Source: an uncultured virus (IMG/VR IMGVR_UViG_3300045119_000497) (taxonomy: Duplodnaviria; Heunggongvirae; Uroviricota; Caudoviricetes). Taken from it: 20,000 nucleotides of DNA. Below the pieces are notes generated by a model. The model ran no database searches and was not told the DNA's origin. It saw only the letters and a program-made list of their open reading frames with translations. Made by a program: the position numbers and the translations under genes. Location of the stretch: the IMG/VR virus record IMGVR_UViG_3300045119_000497. The stretch is one strand, 5' to 3'. Numbering within the stretch: position 1 is the first letter of the stretch; each line of letters opens with the position of its first letter. Of the stretch, positions 1-8,139 are shown one piece after another.

Positions 1-555
1 CGTGATTAGGGAAAATTTCGCATTCGGATCGAGGCCGCGTTGGACCCGACGAGCCCATTCGTAGAACCAATTCTTCTTGCCTTTGACGTTGCCGATAATC
101 ACCGCCTGGCCGTTGGTCGCGGTGAGGGTTGAACGAACCGCGTGCCACGCGTCGGCTTTCGACCGACTCGCCTCGTCCATCACGGCGCGTTTTACGTCTT
201 CGCCATAGAGCGAGTCTGGTTTGTCGGCGGAGCGAAACGAAACGTCCGCGCCGTTGATGAGGGTGATAGTCGGAACCGGACTCTCGCGCGACGTGTAGGA
301 GCCGGGGGTGAGTTGCTGCTTGATTCGCTTGAAGGCGATCTGAGCTTGGTCACTCACCGGTGCCACCCACCAGGAGTGGTCACCGGGGTCGTCGCCGAAC
401 GCTCCTTCGAGAATCCACGCAATCGAAGCGACGGTTTTGCCGCTCTTGGTCGATGCTTCGACGAGCTTCCAGCGTTTTGGGTTGAAGATTGCGTCGTGCT
501 GCTTGGGGTAGAGATAGGGCCGCTCGTAGGCAAGGACGTTGCCAACTAGGGACAA
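1..555 (-). CDS. terL: Phage terminase large subunit, N-terminal ATPase domain (partial; runs off the left edge)
   Basis: Not in the ORF track. Manual translation: MSLVGNVLAYERPYLYPKQHDAIF...EASTKSGKT (Walker A)...WWVAPVSDQA...FRSADKPDSLYGEDVKRAVMDEAS (Walker B)...VIIGNVKGKKNWFYEW. TTG start at 555, in-frame TGA at 559-561, AAAGG about 10 nt upstream. Confidence 0.9.
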   Translation of the reverse strand, partial: MSLVGNVLAYERPYLYPKQHDAIFNPKRWKLVEASTKSGKTVASIAWILEGAFGDDPGDHSWWVAPVSDQAQIAFKRIKQQLTPGSYTSRESPVPTITLINGADVSFRSADKPDSLYGEDVKRAVMDEASRSKADAWHAVRSTLTATNGQAVIIGNVKGKKNWFYEWARRVQRGLDPNAKFSLIT

Positions 556-575
556 AGATCAGAGCCTTTGTAGTG

Positions 576-620
576 AAAAAAGAGGCCGTCGAGAGCGATT
601 CGCCCTACAAAACGGCCTCT
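576..620 (-). terminator. Intrinsic terminator-like hairpin in the terL leader
   Basis: Minus strand: AGAGGCCGT...ACGGCCTCT stem (620-612 with 589-581) followed by TTTTT. Confidence 0.55.
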
Positions 621-685
621 AAGTTTCGACCAACCCAACGCACGAAAGGCGGAAGGACGCAACTGATACGGCCTCTCGCGGAGCG

Positions 686-694
686 ATTATACCA
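686..694 (-). promoter_or_regulatory. Leftward extended -10 promoter upstream of terL
   Basis: Minus strand reads TGGTATAAT (TGn-TATAAT). No good -35. Confidence 0.5.
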
Positions 695-727
695 TCTGGC
701 GGAAAACAGCCCTATGATAAAGGGGTA

Positions 728-755
728 TTGCCAACACCTCAAAAAGTGCTATAAT
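728..755 (+). promoter_or_regulatory. Sigma70-type promoter for the endonuclease gene
   Basis: TTGCCA (728-733), 16 bp spacer, TGC-TATAAT (747-755). Confidence 0.65.
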
Positions 756-801
756 ACAAAGGCTTACGAGCCAGGGCATGATTTGCATCCAGGAGGGCAT
801 T

Positions 802-1398
802 ATGCGGCATACAAGAACCAATGCTCGCATTGAAAAGGCATTATTCGAATTTGAGACTCAAGTTAGACAAAGCGGTTCTATATATACACCGACCTGCAAT
901 GGATGTGGAAGAAATTTAGGTCCCTTTGATTTGAAAAGTGGTCTCTGTCCTAGCTGTCGATCTTTAAGATATAGAGCACGAGAAGTCAAGAAACAAAAGA
1001 AACAAATGGGAAGCCAAGTTGGCTTGATAGCTGTACTTAAACGTCGACTTACCTCAGCTACACAACGTGCAGGGAATATGGTCTTTGCTGATGGACGCAG
1101 ATTGCAAATAACGATAACAATGCCGTTCCTTATAAAATTATACGATCAACAAGAAGGAAAATGCGCGATTTCAGGACGTCCATTATCATTAGGAGCAGAG
1201 GTTCTCAACGGATTTGATCCAAACACGATTTCGCTAGATAGAAAAGATCCAAACAAAGGATATTCAATGGACAATGTCCAACTTACAACCCTACAAGTAA
1301 ATATAGCAAAAGGGCGATCTACGGACGAGGAATTTATTAAGATGTGTGAGGACGTAGTTGCAAATAAGAATCAGAAAGCAAGTCCTGTAAGCGAATAA
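802..1398 (+). CDS. HNH-like (putative homing) endonuclease with N-terminal Zn ribbon
   Basis: CNGC...CPSC, then QQEGKCAISG...SLDRKDPNKGYSMDNVQLTTLQVNIAKG, a typical phage HNH-like pattern. AGGAGG precedes the ATG at 802. AT-rich and opposite in orientation to its neighbours. Confidence 0.75.
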   Translation: MRHTRTNARIEKALFEFETQVRQSGSIYTPTCNGCGRNLGPFDLKSGLCPSCRSLRYRAREVKKQKKQMGSQVGLIAVLKRRLTSATQRAGNMVFADGRRLQITITMPFLIKLYDQQEGKCAISGRPLSLGAEVLNGFDPNTISLDRKDPNKGYSMDNVQLTTLQVNIAKGRSTDEEFIKMCEDVVANKNQKASPVSE

Positions 1399-1813
1399 CT
1401 ATCTCGTTTGAAATTCTCGCTGCACAATCCTGCAAAGCCATCTCATGTTTATACATTGCAGTCTTGTGATCGCAATGTAATTTGCGTCCAAGCCAACGCC
1501 AAGATCGCAAGTGTCGGCCTGAAATAGGATGTACTAACATTCTATAATGTAGAAGTTTGCGATAAATGTCATAGTTACAGAGATTTGGTAAAAGAAGAAT
1601 TTCATCCATAATAGGAATTTCTTCCTTTGACGGAGCGCTAGCTCGTAAAGGAATGTTGCCTCGAAAGTCTAAAACTTCAAATTGATCTTGAGAATACTCG
1701 GGCCAAATTACTTTGAGACGTCTCGGACCAATACTAGTACTAGGCATTGCCACGAGCCGAGCGCCGGCCCATTCAAGCCACGTCTGGAGTTCGCTGGGCG
1801 AGAGATTCGACAT
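1337..1813 (-). CDS. Hypothetical phage protein, DUF6362-like (possible late regulator)
   Basis: Start MSNLSPSELQTWLEWAGARLVAMP... overlaps the upstream stop (TAATG). WP motif, 'PSKEEI..MDE.L', and a C-terminal HTH-like 'SWRWLGRKLHCDHKTA'. Confidence 0.55.
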   Translation of the reverse strand: MSNLSPSELQTWLEWAGARLVAMPSTSIGPRRLKVIWPEYSQDQFEVLDFRGNIPLRASAPSKEEIPIMDEILLLPNLCNYDIYRKLLHYRMLVHPISGRHLRSWRWLGRKLHCDHKTAMYKHEMALQDCAARISNEIVIRLQDLLSDSYLQLRPHTS

Positions 1814-2271
1814 TAGAGTTGAATCGTCCCACGTCCGAGCCACTGAATGAGCGGGTCGGGAGCGATGAGACCGAACGAGAGGGTGGATTGAGGACGTGGA
1901 GCGTCGGGAGTGAGATTCTTGACCAAGACGAGCGGCTTCGTGGGCCGGTCCAGAGCGCGCGAAACGACCGGACAATAAAGCGAGCGAAGTTTGGGGAGGG
2001 CGCTAGGGACCCAGGTGTTTTTAATCTCAATGACGATCGTGTAGCCGAAGTCGTTGTCGTGGATTAGAATGTCGGGACAACAGGCGCTGCGGACGCCTTC
2101 CGAGGCGGTGTAATAGAACCAGGGGTTGTGTTCGAGGGACATTGACTTCGGAAGAATCGACTTGAGCATCCTCGCCGCTTTGCGCTCGAAGAGAAGTCCT
2201 TGGTACCCGGCCGCATTGGAAGCGCGACTATTGTGGACCCGCTCAGGTGCTCGGGAAGCGGAAAGGATCAC
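1813..2271 (-). CDS. PD-(D/E)XK nuclease (possible resolvase)
   Basis: GLLFERKA...CPDILI...IVIEIKNT motif arrangement. Confidence 0.65.
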   Translation of the reverse strand: MILSASRAPERVHNSRASNAAGYQGLLFERKAARMLKSILPKSMSLEHNPWFYYTASEGVRSACCPDILIHDNDFGYTIVIEIKNTWVPSALPKLRSLYCPVVSRALDRPTKPLVLVKNLTPDAPRPQSTLSFGLIAPDPLIQWLGRGTIQL

Positions 2272-2282
2272 CGACGGAATCC

Positions 2283-2456
2283 CTAGGCCGCCACTCGGGG
2301 TTGGTCGTTAGTTTCGCGGCCTTTGCCGAAGGCCGGCGACCGAATCGGGAGGGCTACGACTTTCGCGGTCGGTTTCGAAGCGATCTTTTCGACGGTCCAA
2401 ACCAGTGGCCGTCGGGCGCCGAGGCGAAAGGGAGTGGAGGTTTTGATCCTATTCAT
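2283..2456 (-). CDS. Small basic hypothetical protein (57 aa)
   Basis: MNRIKTSTPFRLGARRPLVWTVEKIASKPTAKVVALPIRSPAFGKGRETNDQPRVAA. Fills the gap, overlaps the upstream gene end, AGGA upstream. Confidence 0.4.
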   Translation of the reverse strand: MNRIKTSTPFRLGARRPLVWTVEKIASKPTAKVVALPIRSPAFGKGRETNDQPRVAA

Positions 2457-3036
2457 CGTCCTGGTCCTGGTGTTCGATTACGAGACCTTCGTCGTCTTTC
2501 GGCCGGATGTCCCGTTTTCCCATATTAAAGGTGATCTTCACCGGCGGATTCGCAATCGGAGTTGCGTTCTTAATCGGAGTGTGGGTCCGATCGCCGGTGT
2601 CGACCATCAAGCGCCGGAGTTCGTCGATCGGAATGTCCTTCATCTTCGTGGGGTCTTCGAGGCGTTGGATGATTTCGCCCCGTGCGAGGTCGTTGATGTC
2701 GGCGTAGTCGCGATAGGCAAGAGCGGCGCCCGAGAGGTCGATCTCCTCGATTTGGGTCCGGTAGTACTCTACGAGATCGGCGAAGGCCGGGTCGCGCTTC
2801 AGATCGCCAATGCGCTGGGCGGAGCGCCCCACTTCGATCCCCACTTCGACGTCGGACTTTCCCGCCGCCACGAGCCGCGCCGCGCGTTGATGGACTTCGC
2901 GCAGGCGTTGGACGATCGGAGGTGAGGTCAGTGGGTGGTCATTCACAGCTACAAACCTGAAGAGATCATCGGAGGTTAAATGTCTTTCGACGGTCATCAT
3001 GAAGAGGACGGGAGGTCGGCCCCGCTTTGGTAGCAT
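2449..3036 (-). CDS. HTH protein, possible terminase small subunit
   Basis: HTH-like segment HQRAARLVAAGKSDVEVGIEVGRSAQRIGDLKRDPAFADLVEYYR. Strong AAGGAGG RBS. Same strand as, and upstream of, terL. Confidence 0.6.
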   Translation of the reverse strand: MLPKRGRPPVLFMMTVERHLTSDDLFRFVAVNDHPLTSPPIVQRLREVHQRAARLVAAGKSDVEVGIEVGRSAQRIGDLKRDPAFADLVEYYRTQIEEIDLSGAALAYRDYADINDLARGEIIQRLEDPTKMKDIPIDELRRLMVDTGDRTHTPIKNATPIANPPVKITFNMGKRDIRPKDDEGLVIEHQDQDDE

Positions 3037-3198
3037 CGCCGGTCCTCCTTTGGTGAATTTCGAAACGAATCGCTTGTGAACGAATCTTTCGACGTGTTAC
3101 GAAGGTATGAACTCAAGAAAGTGGAGAAAAATTCAGGAAGTGCTGATGCGTTCTTTGACTTAGCAACTCTCGATTGAGGCTCCAACGGGGGGTGGGTC

Positions 3199-3229
3199 GG
3201 GAAACGCGAGGCTTTCGCCCCGCGCTCCC
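3199..3229 (-). terminator. GC-rich hairpin with GAAA tetraloop downstream of the 182-aa gene
   Basis: Minus strand: GGGAGCGCGGGGC-GAAA-GCCTCGCGTTTCCC. No clear U tract. Confidence 0.4.
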
Positions 3230-3259
3230 TTCCATTCGACTCAACCCGCGAGCGGTCGA

Positions 3260-3808
3260 TTACAACTCCATCGTCTCTTTGCTCGCTGCCGGCGTCCGTT
3301 TGGTTTCGCGCTTCGGACCGGCAGTCGTACCGGCTTCAAGTGCTTCGCGGATCGTGGTGTCGTAATACTTCGCCCGGTTCTTTTCGCTCGCCGCGTTGCT
3401 CTCGATCAACTTGGTACGCGCGAGGCGATCCGCGGCGCTCATGGCCTTGATGGCCGCCGCGTCCCAGCCCTTCGCGGAGTCGGTCAATTCCGCGATCTTG
3501 TCCCGATACACCGCATCGAACGCATCGTTCGACTTGGCGCTCGGTAGCGTAGTGCCGCTCGCCGCTGCCGCTGCGGCCGCCTCCGGCGATACGCCGTTGC
3601 GGTTCGCCACGACTCGGTTGCGGAGATACTCGGCGTAACCGTGCGCCACCGCGAGCGGCGAGGTCGGCGCTACGATCTTGAACACCGCGCCGTCCTGTTC
3701 GCCGTAGGCGAAACCCTCGTGGATGCGAAAGCCGCGCGCGGCCAGCGCCGTATTCAAGTCGTCTTGTGAGAACACGAAACCCGAAGGGGTTTGATTGCCT
3801 TGTGCCAT
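3260..3808 (-). CDS. Hypothetical Ala-rich protein with C-terminal MEL tag
   Basis: GGAG RBS, 182 aa, ends ...KRETKRTPAASKETMEL. Confidence 0.8.
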   Translation of the reverse strand: MAQGNQTPSGFVFSQDDLNTALAARGFRIHEGFAYGEQDGAVFKIVAPTSPLAVAHGYAEYLRNRVVANRNGVSPEAAAAAAASGTTLPSAKSNDAFDAVYRDKIAELTDSAKGWDAAAIKAMSAADRLARTKLIESNAASEKNRAKYYDTTIREALEAGTTAGPKRETKRTPAASKETMEL

Positions 3809-4100
3809 GTTAGAAACTCCGTTTGGATTGGTGGTAGTGATCGCTGGCGATGCGCGCCAGCTCGCTCCGTTGGCCTGCGGCTATCGCGTAGCCCTTACGC
3901 CGTGCGCGATCATGGCAAGCCTTCCCTCCCGCTTCTGCTCCGGAACCGGGCTGCCCCGGTGTTGGGTAGAACCAACAAAAAGATAGTACGCGCGCGCATG
4001 TAGGATTGCCACAACTTTTTTCGTTCGCGTGTGCGATTTTTCGCGCAGCACTAGAAAGTGTTGCGGCTAGGCCACATGCGGTTTGCTGGCCCTGTCGTGG

Positions 4101-4109
4101 TGCTACAAT
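4101..4109 (+). promoter_or_regulatory. Possible extended -10 element
   Basis: TGCTACAAT, nearly identical to TGCTATAAT at 747-755. TTGCTG lies 15 bp upstream of the hexamer. Confidence 0.35.
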
Positions 4110-4444
4110 GCCCTATTTCGGATTGGCTATCGAGATACGACTTAACTCATTCCCTGCCCTCTGCGGCGTTTTCCCGTTTAACGCGAGTTCGGAGTCGCAA
4201 CTCACTCTCGCCTGACGTGTGGGGAGATACGACTCGGAGTTTCGCAGCATACATGGGGGGCACCCCCAAAGGCATACAAAAACCCGTGAGTCCGATAAGT
4301 AAATGCCCCAAGCATCATAGACAAACAATGGAATATCTTAACAGTTCTAGTATATGGGGGTCGGCCTCAGAGGGTAGATTCTACTGACTATCATCCTCGC
4401 TCGACTGCTATCCTCTCCCGACCTCAAAAACGTCTTCTTCTGAA

Positions 4445-4489
4445 AAAAATAATAGTCGAGAAAAAAGTTTTTTTCTCACAATTATTATT
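4445..4489. repeat. AT-rich imperfect palindrome in the divergence region
   Basis: AATAATAGTCGAGAAAAAA-GT-TTTTTTCTCACAATTATT. Confidence 0.65.
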
Positions 4490-4613
4490 CGGACCCCCCG
4501 TTAAGGTATGCCCGCAGGCAGGCTCCCTCACCCCCACATACTGAAACTACTAACGCAACCCGTTACTTACCTCTATTATCGCCCCCAAGCAACATATACC
4601 GGAGTGCCCTCCC

Positions 4614-5279
4614 ATGCCAATAACCCAACAACGCATGATAACTCTAGTCAAATCGTCACTATTCTACACCAATATGGTCAACGACCTGCGGAAAATACTC
4701 TACATCTATGTTTCGCAGGCCGAACGCGCGATGAAAAGCCTCGACGACTCGGACAATCTTTCCGAAAAGCAAAAGGAACAAATCACGGTGATTTGGGAAA
4801 CAATCCGCGGAATCGTAGACAGAGTCGACCCAATCCTTCCCGAAGAATTCGAAGCATATCGAAACATCATTAAGGAATCGACTCATTTCAACGCGCAACG
4901 AATAAGTCATAACAACGCCCAGGCGAGATACAATCGCCGCTTCAGGGCGAAAAAATACGTCGAAACAGGCAACAACGTCGGCGAACCAATCAAACGTCGC
5001 CCACGAGCACCGACCGAACAGGAGCAACTATTACACGAACTTCACCGACGACTTTGGTTAATAGAAGAAAAAGAATCCTGGCGAGCATCAGAGCTGATCG
5101 ACGTTATTTCAGCTACAATTCCTAAGCAATCGCCAACAGCAATTCTTAACGAATTGACTGAAACAAAGCGAATTTCCCACATTCGGGCAACAAACACTTA
5201 CGTTATTGAGAATCCAAATATACGAGGAAACGAGACAACAAATCAGACGACCGAAGAGCCTCTTACCGACACGGAATGA
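4614..5279 (+). CDS. Hypothetical protein, possible C-terminal winged helix
   Basis: GGAG upstream of the ATG, 221 aa, more AT-rich than downstream genes. WRASELIDVIS...TAILNELTETKRISH...YVI resembles a wHTH. Confidence 0.6.
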   Translation: MPITQQRMITLVKSSLFYTNMVNDLRKILYIYVSQAERAMKSLDDSDNLSEKQKEQITVIWETIRGIVDRVDPILPEEFEAYRNIIKESTHFNAQRISHNNAQARYNRRFRAKKYVETGNNVGEPIKRRPRAPTEQEQLLHELHRRLWLIEEKESWRASELIDVISATIPKQSPTAILNELTETKRISHIRATNTYVIENPNIRGNETTNQTTEEPLTDTE

Positions 5280-5340
5280 GCTATGCGTTTAACGCGGGTC
5301 TCCTATGCAAAATCAGGGTATGAACAATCCGCGAACACCG

Positions 5341-5348
5341 GCTATAAT
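5341..5348 (+). promoter_or_regulatory. -10 element for the early operon
   Basis: GCTATAAT in the intergenic gap upstream of the GAGGTG RBS of 5406. Confidence 0.5.
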
Positions 5349-5405
5349 CGAGGCCGGGCCACTCCGACCCGACTAGGCTCATGCCCCGACTAGAGGTGAC
5401 GCGAA

Positions 5406-5807
5406 ATGACCGCACCGCAAGCGCAACTCATAATCGCCTTTGACGGCGCAACCCTTCGGATCGAAGCGCCCGGCCAGAACGGCGCGCGAAAGAGGGTCGA
5501 AGGCATCGCCTTTTCCGACCTTCCAATCGAAATCCGGGCGGAACTCACCGACCAGCTTGACCGCCAGCGGACCGCTCAGCGGGCGAAACTCATGGCCACA
5601 CAGTCTCAGAACATCCAATATGTCGCCGAGACCCACAACATCGCCCTCGCGCGAAAGGTGTGGGGCAACGACGTCGCCGAGTCGCGCGTCATGCGGGCCA
5701 GGCTTCGCTACTCCAGTCCCGAAGCCGGAAACATCGACGCAAGCGGCAAGCCCAAAGCGGCGAAGCGCGAAACCACAAAGTCACTCCCGCCTCCAATGGA
5801 CCTGTGA
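5406..5807 (+). CDS. Hypothetical protein with C-terminal MDL tag
   Basis: GAGGTG RBS, ends ...KAAKRETTKSLPPPMDL. Confidence 0.8.
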   Translation: MTAPQAQLIIAFDGATLRIEAPGQNGARKRVEGIAFSDLPIEIRAELTDQLDRQRTAQRAKLMATQSQNIQYVAETHNIALARKVWGNDVAESRVMRARLRYSSPEAGNIDASGKPKAAKRETTKSLPPPMDL

Positions 5808-5815
5808 GGCCCGCC

Positions 5816-6070
5816 ATGATCCAAATCTACCGTCGCGACGGCCTTTTCCTCCTATTCGACAACATTCGCAACGCCACCTACCGCATCGCCTCCACGTCGC
5901 AACACGACGCCAAAGCGACCATTCTGCGTGCTAGTCTCGCGTCCGAAGCCGATTGGCTCGACTCCGAAACGCTCGACCGCGCCCTAAAGTGCGTTGCGCG
6001 ACAGCGCCAGCCCGAGCGTGGCACGTCTGCGACTGCGACCCCAACCCAATCCCAAGCCATGGAGCTCTAA
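5816..6070 (+). CDS. Hypothetical protein (84 aa) with C-terminal MEL tag
   Basis: ATG at 5816 after GAGG, MIQIYRRDG...TPTQSQAMEL. Confidence 0.75.
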   Translation: MIQIYRRDGLFLLFDNIRNATYRIASTSQHDAKATILRASLASEADWLDSETLDRALKCVARQRQPERGTSATATPTQSQAMEL

Positions 6071-6072
6071 CA

Positions 6073-6255
6073 ATGCAAGTCGGCATTCAAATCTACACCA
6101 AACGCGGCTTCTACGGCCCGTCCATCGAGAAGTCGATGCGCACCGTGGCCGAACTCCCGAAGGTTCTCGCGGAGGTGTTCGACGAAACACCCGACCAATG
6201 CGAGGACCAGAAGTTTCTCGACTGGACCAAAATCGAAGTGGAGATCCGGCGATGA
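6073..6255 (+). CDS. Hypothetical protein (60 aa)
   Basis: GGAG upstream, MQVGIQIYTKRG..., ATGA overlap with the next gene. Confidence 0.65.
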   Translation: MQVGIQIYTKRGFYGPSIEKSMRTVAELPKVLAEVFDETPDQCEDQKFLDWTKIEVEIRR

Positions 6256-6458
6256 CCCAAGTTCGCGAATACTTTCGTTTTCACCAAGACAAGGCCTCAT
6301 CACCATTCGACATGGTAATTGAGGAAGCAGGTCTGAACGGCGGCTTCACCTTCTATCGCGAAGAAAAGGACGGCGAAGTGTGGAACGTCAAAACCTTCGC
6401 CTACCTGTCCGAAGCCTTCGCTTACTTCGCCCAACAACTCAAAGAATGCGGGAGATAA
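6252..6458 (+). CDS. Hypothetical protein (68 aa)
   Basis: MTQVREYFRF..., GGAG RBS, translationally coupled. Confidence 0.65.
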   Translation: MTQVREYFRFHQDKASSPFDMVIEEAGLNGGFTFYREEKDGEVWNVKTFAYLSEAFAYFAQQLKECGR

Positions 6459-6463
6459 TCTCC

Positions 6464-6724
6464 ATGTCCATCTTCACCCGACGCCACTACATCTACCTTG
6501 CCAGCGTGGCGCGTGACGCTCGGCGTGAGGCGCTCGGCACGACGGAAAATCCGCTCGTCTTAGAGGGTGTCGACTTCGCCATCTCATCCCTCGCCATCGC
6601 ACTCGCGGGCGAAAGCGACGGTTTCGACAAGGACCAGTTCCTCCGCAACGTCTACGGCCCCTTTCTCGACAACGAAACCTCGGAGCATGAGAAATGTCCA
6701 GCTCTACCGACACCATCGAACTAG
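6464..6724 (+). CDS. Hypothetical phage early protein (86 aa)
   Basis: GGAG RBS. MSIFTRRHY...LAIAL...FDKDQFL resembles a common small phage family. Confidence 0.7.
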   Translation: MSIFTRRHYIYLASVARDARREALGTTENPLVLEGVDFAISSLAIALAGESDGFDKDQFLRNVYGPFLDNETSEHEKCPALPTPSN

Positions 6725-8139
6725 AAATCCAACAGCGACACGGAATTCGCCCCGGACCCTATCTGCGCGGCGTCCACCCGACTCCCAACTACCCAACCGA
6801 CTCAGCGGGAATACTCGCCGACTGGCTCGTCTCGCTTGGCGTAGATGCGATCAAAGCAACAGCGATGTCGCCCTCCGGCCGCCAGAACGCCTACAACGCC
6901 GGCCGCGAATGGGTTCGACGCAATCTCTCCGAAGACAAACCATTCGTTCCCGGTCGCCAATTCAAGCGCCACCGCGGCGTGGGGCAGATGGACCTCACCG
7001 AGGGCTTCGCCCCCAACGAAGTGATCGGACTGCTTGGCGGAACGGACACTCCAGCTCCAACTCCTGTTGGCGACGAGATGCCAACCAGCGAAGCTCTCAT
7101 CGACGCCATCGCACGCACCGCGGACCCTCTGATCGCTAAGCGCCTCACCGATGCCGAGCAGCGCCTCCAACGCGCAAGCGCAGCGGTTATCAAGTCCGAA
7201 GTGGAGCGCCAGGTCCGGCCGCAGGTCATCGCTGAGGTCGAGAAACTTAAAATCGCCGTCTTGGAGGAGACCAAAGCGAAGATCAGCGAAATCGCCACGC
7301 AAGCGGCCCAGGCGGAAACGGAACGACTAATCAACGAACGAATTCCTCGCAGGTTGGAGATCATCTCACCCCGCGGACGCAAGATCCTCGACGCCGAGCC
7401 ACGCCATGAAGCCTTCGACCGGATTTTCTTCTGGCTCGCCCTGAAGCGCCACGTCTATATCGTTGGGCCGCACGGCACTGGCAAGACCCACCTGTTCAAA
7501 CAACTCGCGCAGGCCCTTGACCTGACTTACTTCCCAATTGGCCAGACGTTAACCAAGTACGAACTCTCGGGTCACAAAGGTCCGACCGGCGAGTACATCG
7601 GCACCCTCTTGCGCGAAGCGATCGAAACCGGCGGCTTCGTCGGCATCGACGAGGGCGACACCTGGGCGGCCGCCGCGATGGTCTTTCTCAACACCCCACT
7701 AGCGAACGGCTATTGTTCCTTCCCCGACAAGGTCGTCCAGGTCCACCCCGACTTCGTTTGCGCCATCGCCGCAAACACCTGGGGCCACGGAGCGACCATG
7801 CAATATCAAGGCCGCAACCCACTCGACGCAGCCTCGCTCGACCGCTTTGCGTTCGAAGAGGTCGACTACGACGAGAACCTCGAAATCCAGCTCTACGGCA
7901 ACACGGCGTGGACCCAATACTGCCACCGAGTTCGAAAGGTCGCCCGCGAGTTGCGGATCTACGAAGCCGCCCCGTCGATGCGCGGAATTGAAATGGGGAA
8001 TTTAGCATTGGACGCAGGCGGAGACGCCGACCTCGTCCAGAAATCCGTCCTCTGGAAGGGCCTCGCCCCCGACACCGTAGCGAAGATCAAAACCCAAGCC
8101 GGCACATTCGGCAAAGTTAACATAAGAGAAGTCGCATGA
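6694..8139 (+). CDS. MoxR/CbbQ-NirQ-NorQ-type AAA+ ATPase with N-terminal coiled coil
   Basis: Walker A GPHGTGKT, Walker B VGIDEGD, sensor-1 AANT, Arg finger LDAASLDRF, 'HPDF', 'PSMR'. Confidence 0.9.
   Translation: MSSSTDTIELEIQQRHGIRPGPYLRGVHPTPNYPTDSAGILADWLVSLGVDAIKATAMSPSGRQNAYNAGREWVRRNLSEDKPFVPGRQFKRHRGVGQMDLTEGFAPNEVIGLLGGTDTPAPTPVGDEMPTSEALIDAIARTADPLIAKRLTDAEQRLQRASAAVIKSEVERQVRPQVIAEVEKLKIAVLEETKAKISEIATQAAQAETERLINERIPRRLEIISPRGRKILDAEPRHEAFDRIFFWLALKRHVYIVGPHGTGKTHLFKQLAQALDLTYFPIGQTLTKYELSGHKGPTGEYIGTLLREAIETGGFVGIDEGDTWAAAAMVFLNTPLANGYCSFPDKVVQVHPDFVCAIAANTWGHGATMQYQGRNPLDAASLDRFAFEEVDYDENLEIQLYGNTAWTQYCHRVRKVARELRIYEAAPSMRGIEMGNLALDAGGDADLVQKSVLWKGLAPDTVAKIKTQAGTFGKVNIREVA

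Noticed and set aside
142..549. Plus-strand 135-aa ORF and other long antisense or alternate-frame ORFs (e.g. 2323-2925, 8002-8799, 14616-15359)
   Set aside because: These are shadow ORFs of recognisable genes in GC-rich DNA.
636..695. c-di-GMP-I riboswitch resemblance (GAAA loop, GGACGCAA) on the plus strand
   Set aside because: The expected stems could not be built, and it lies upstream of the rightward promoter.
1813..1824. Terminal TIQL of the PD-(D/E)XK nuclease as an eighth tag
   Set aside because: It lacks the Met, the acidic residue and the basic linker; probably chance.
4142..4345. TTAAC half-sites as CtrA boxes
   Set aside because: None forms TTAA-N7-TTAA.
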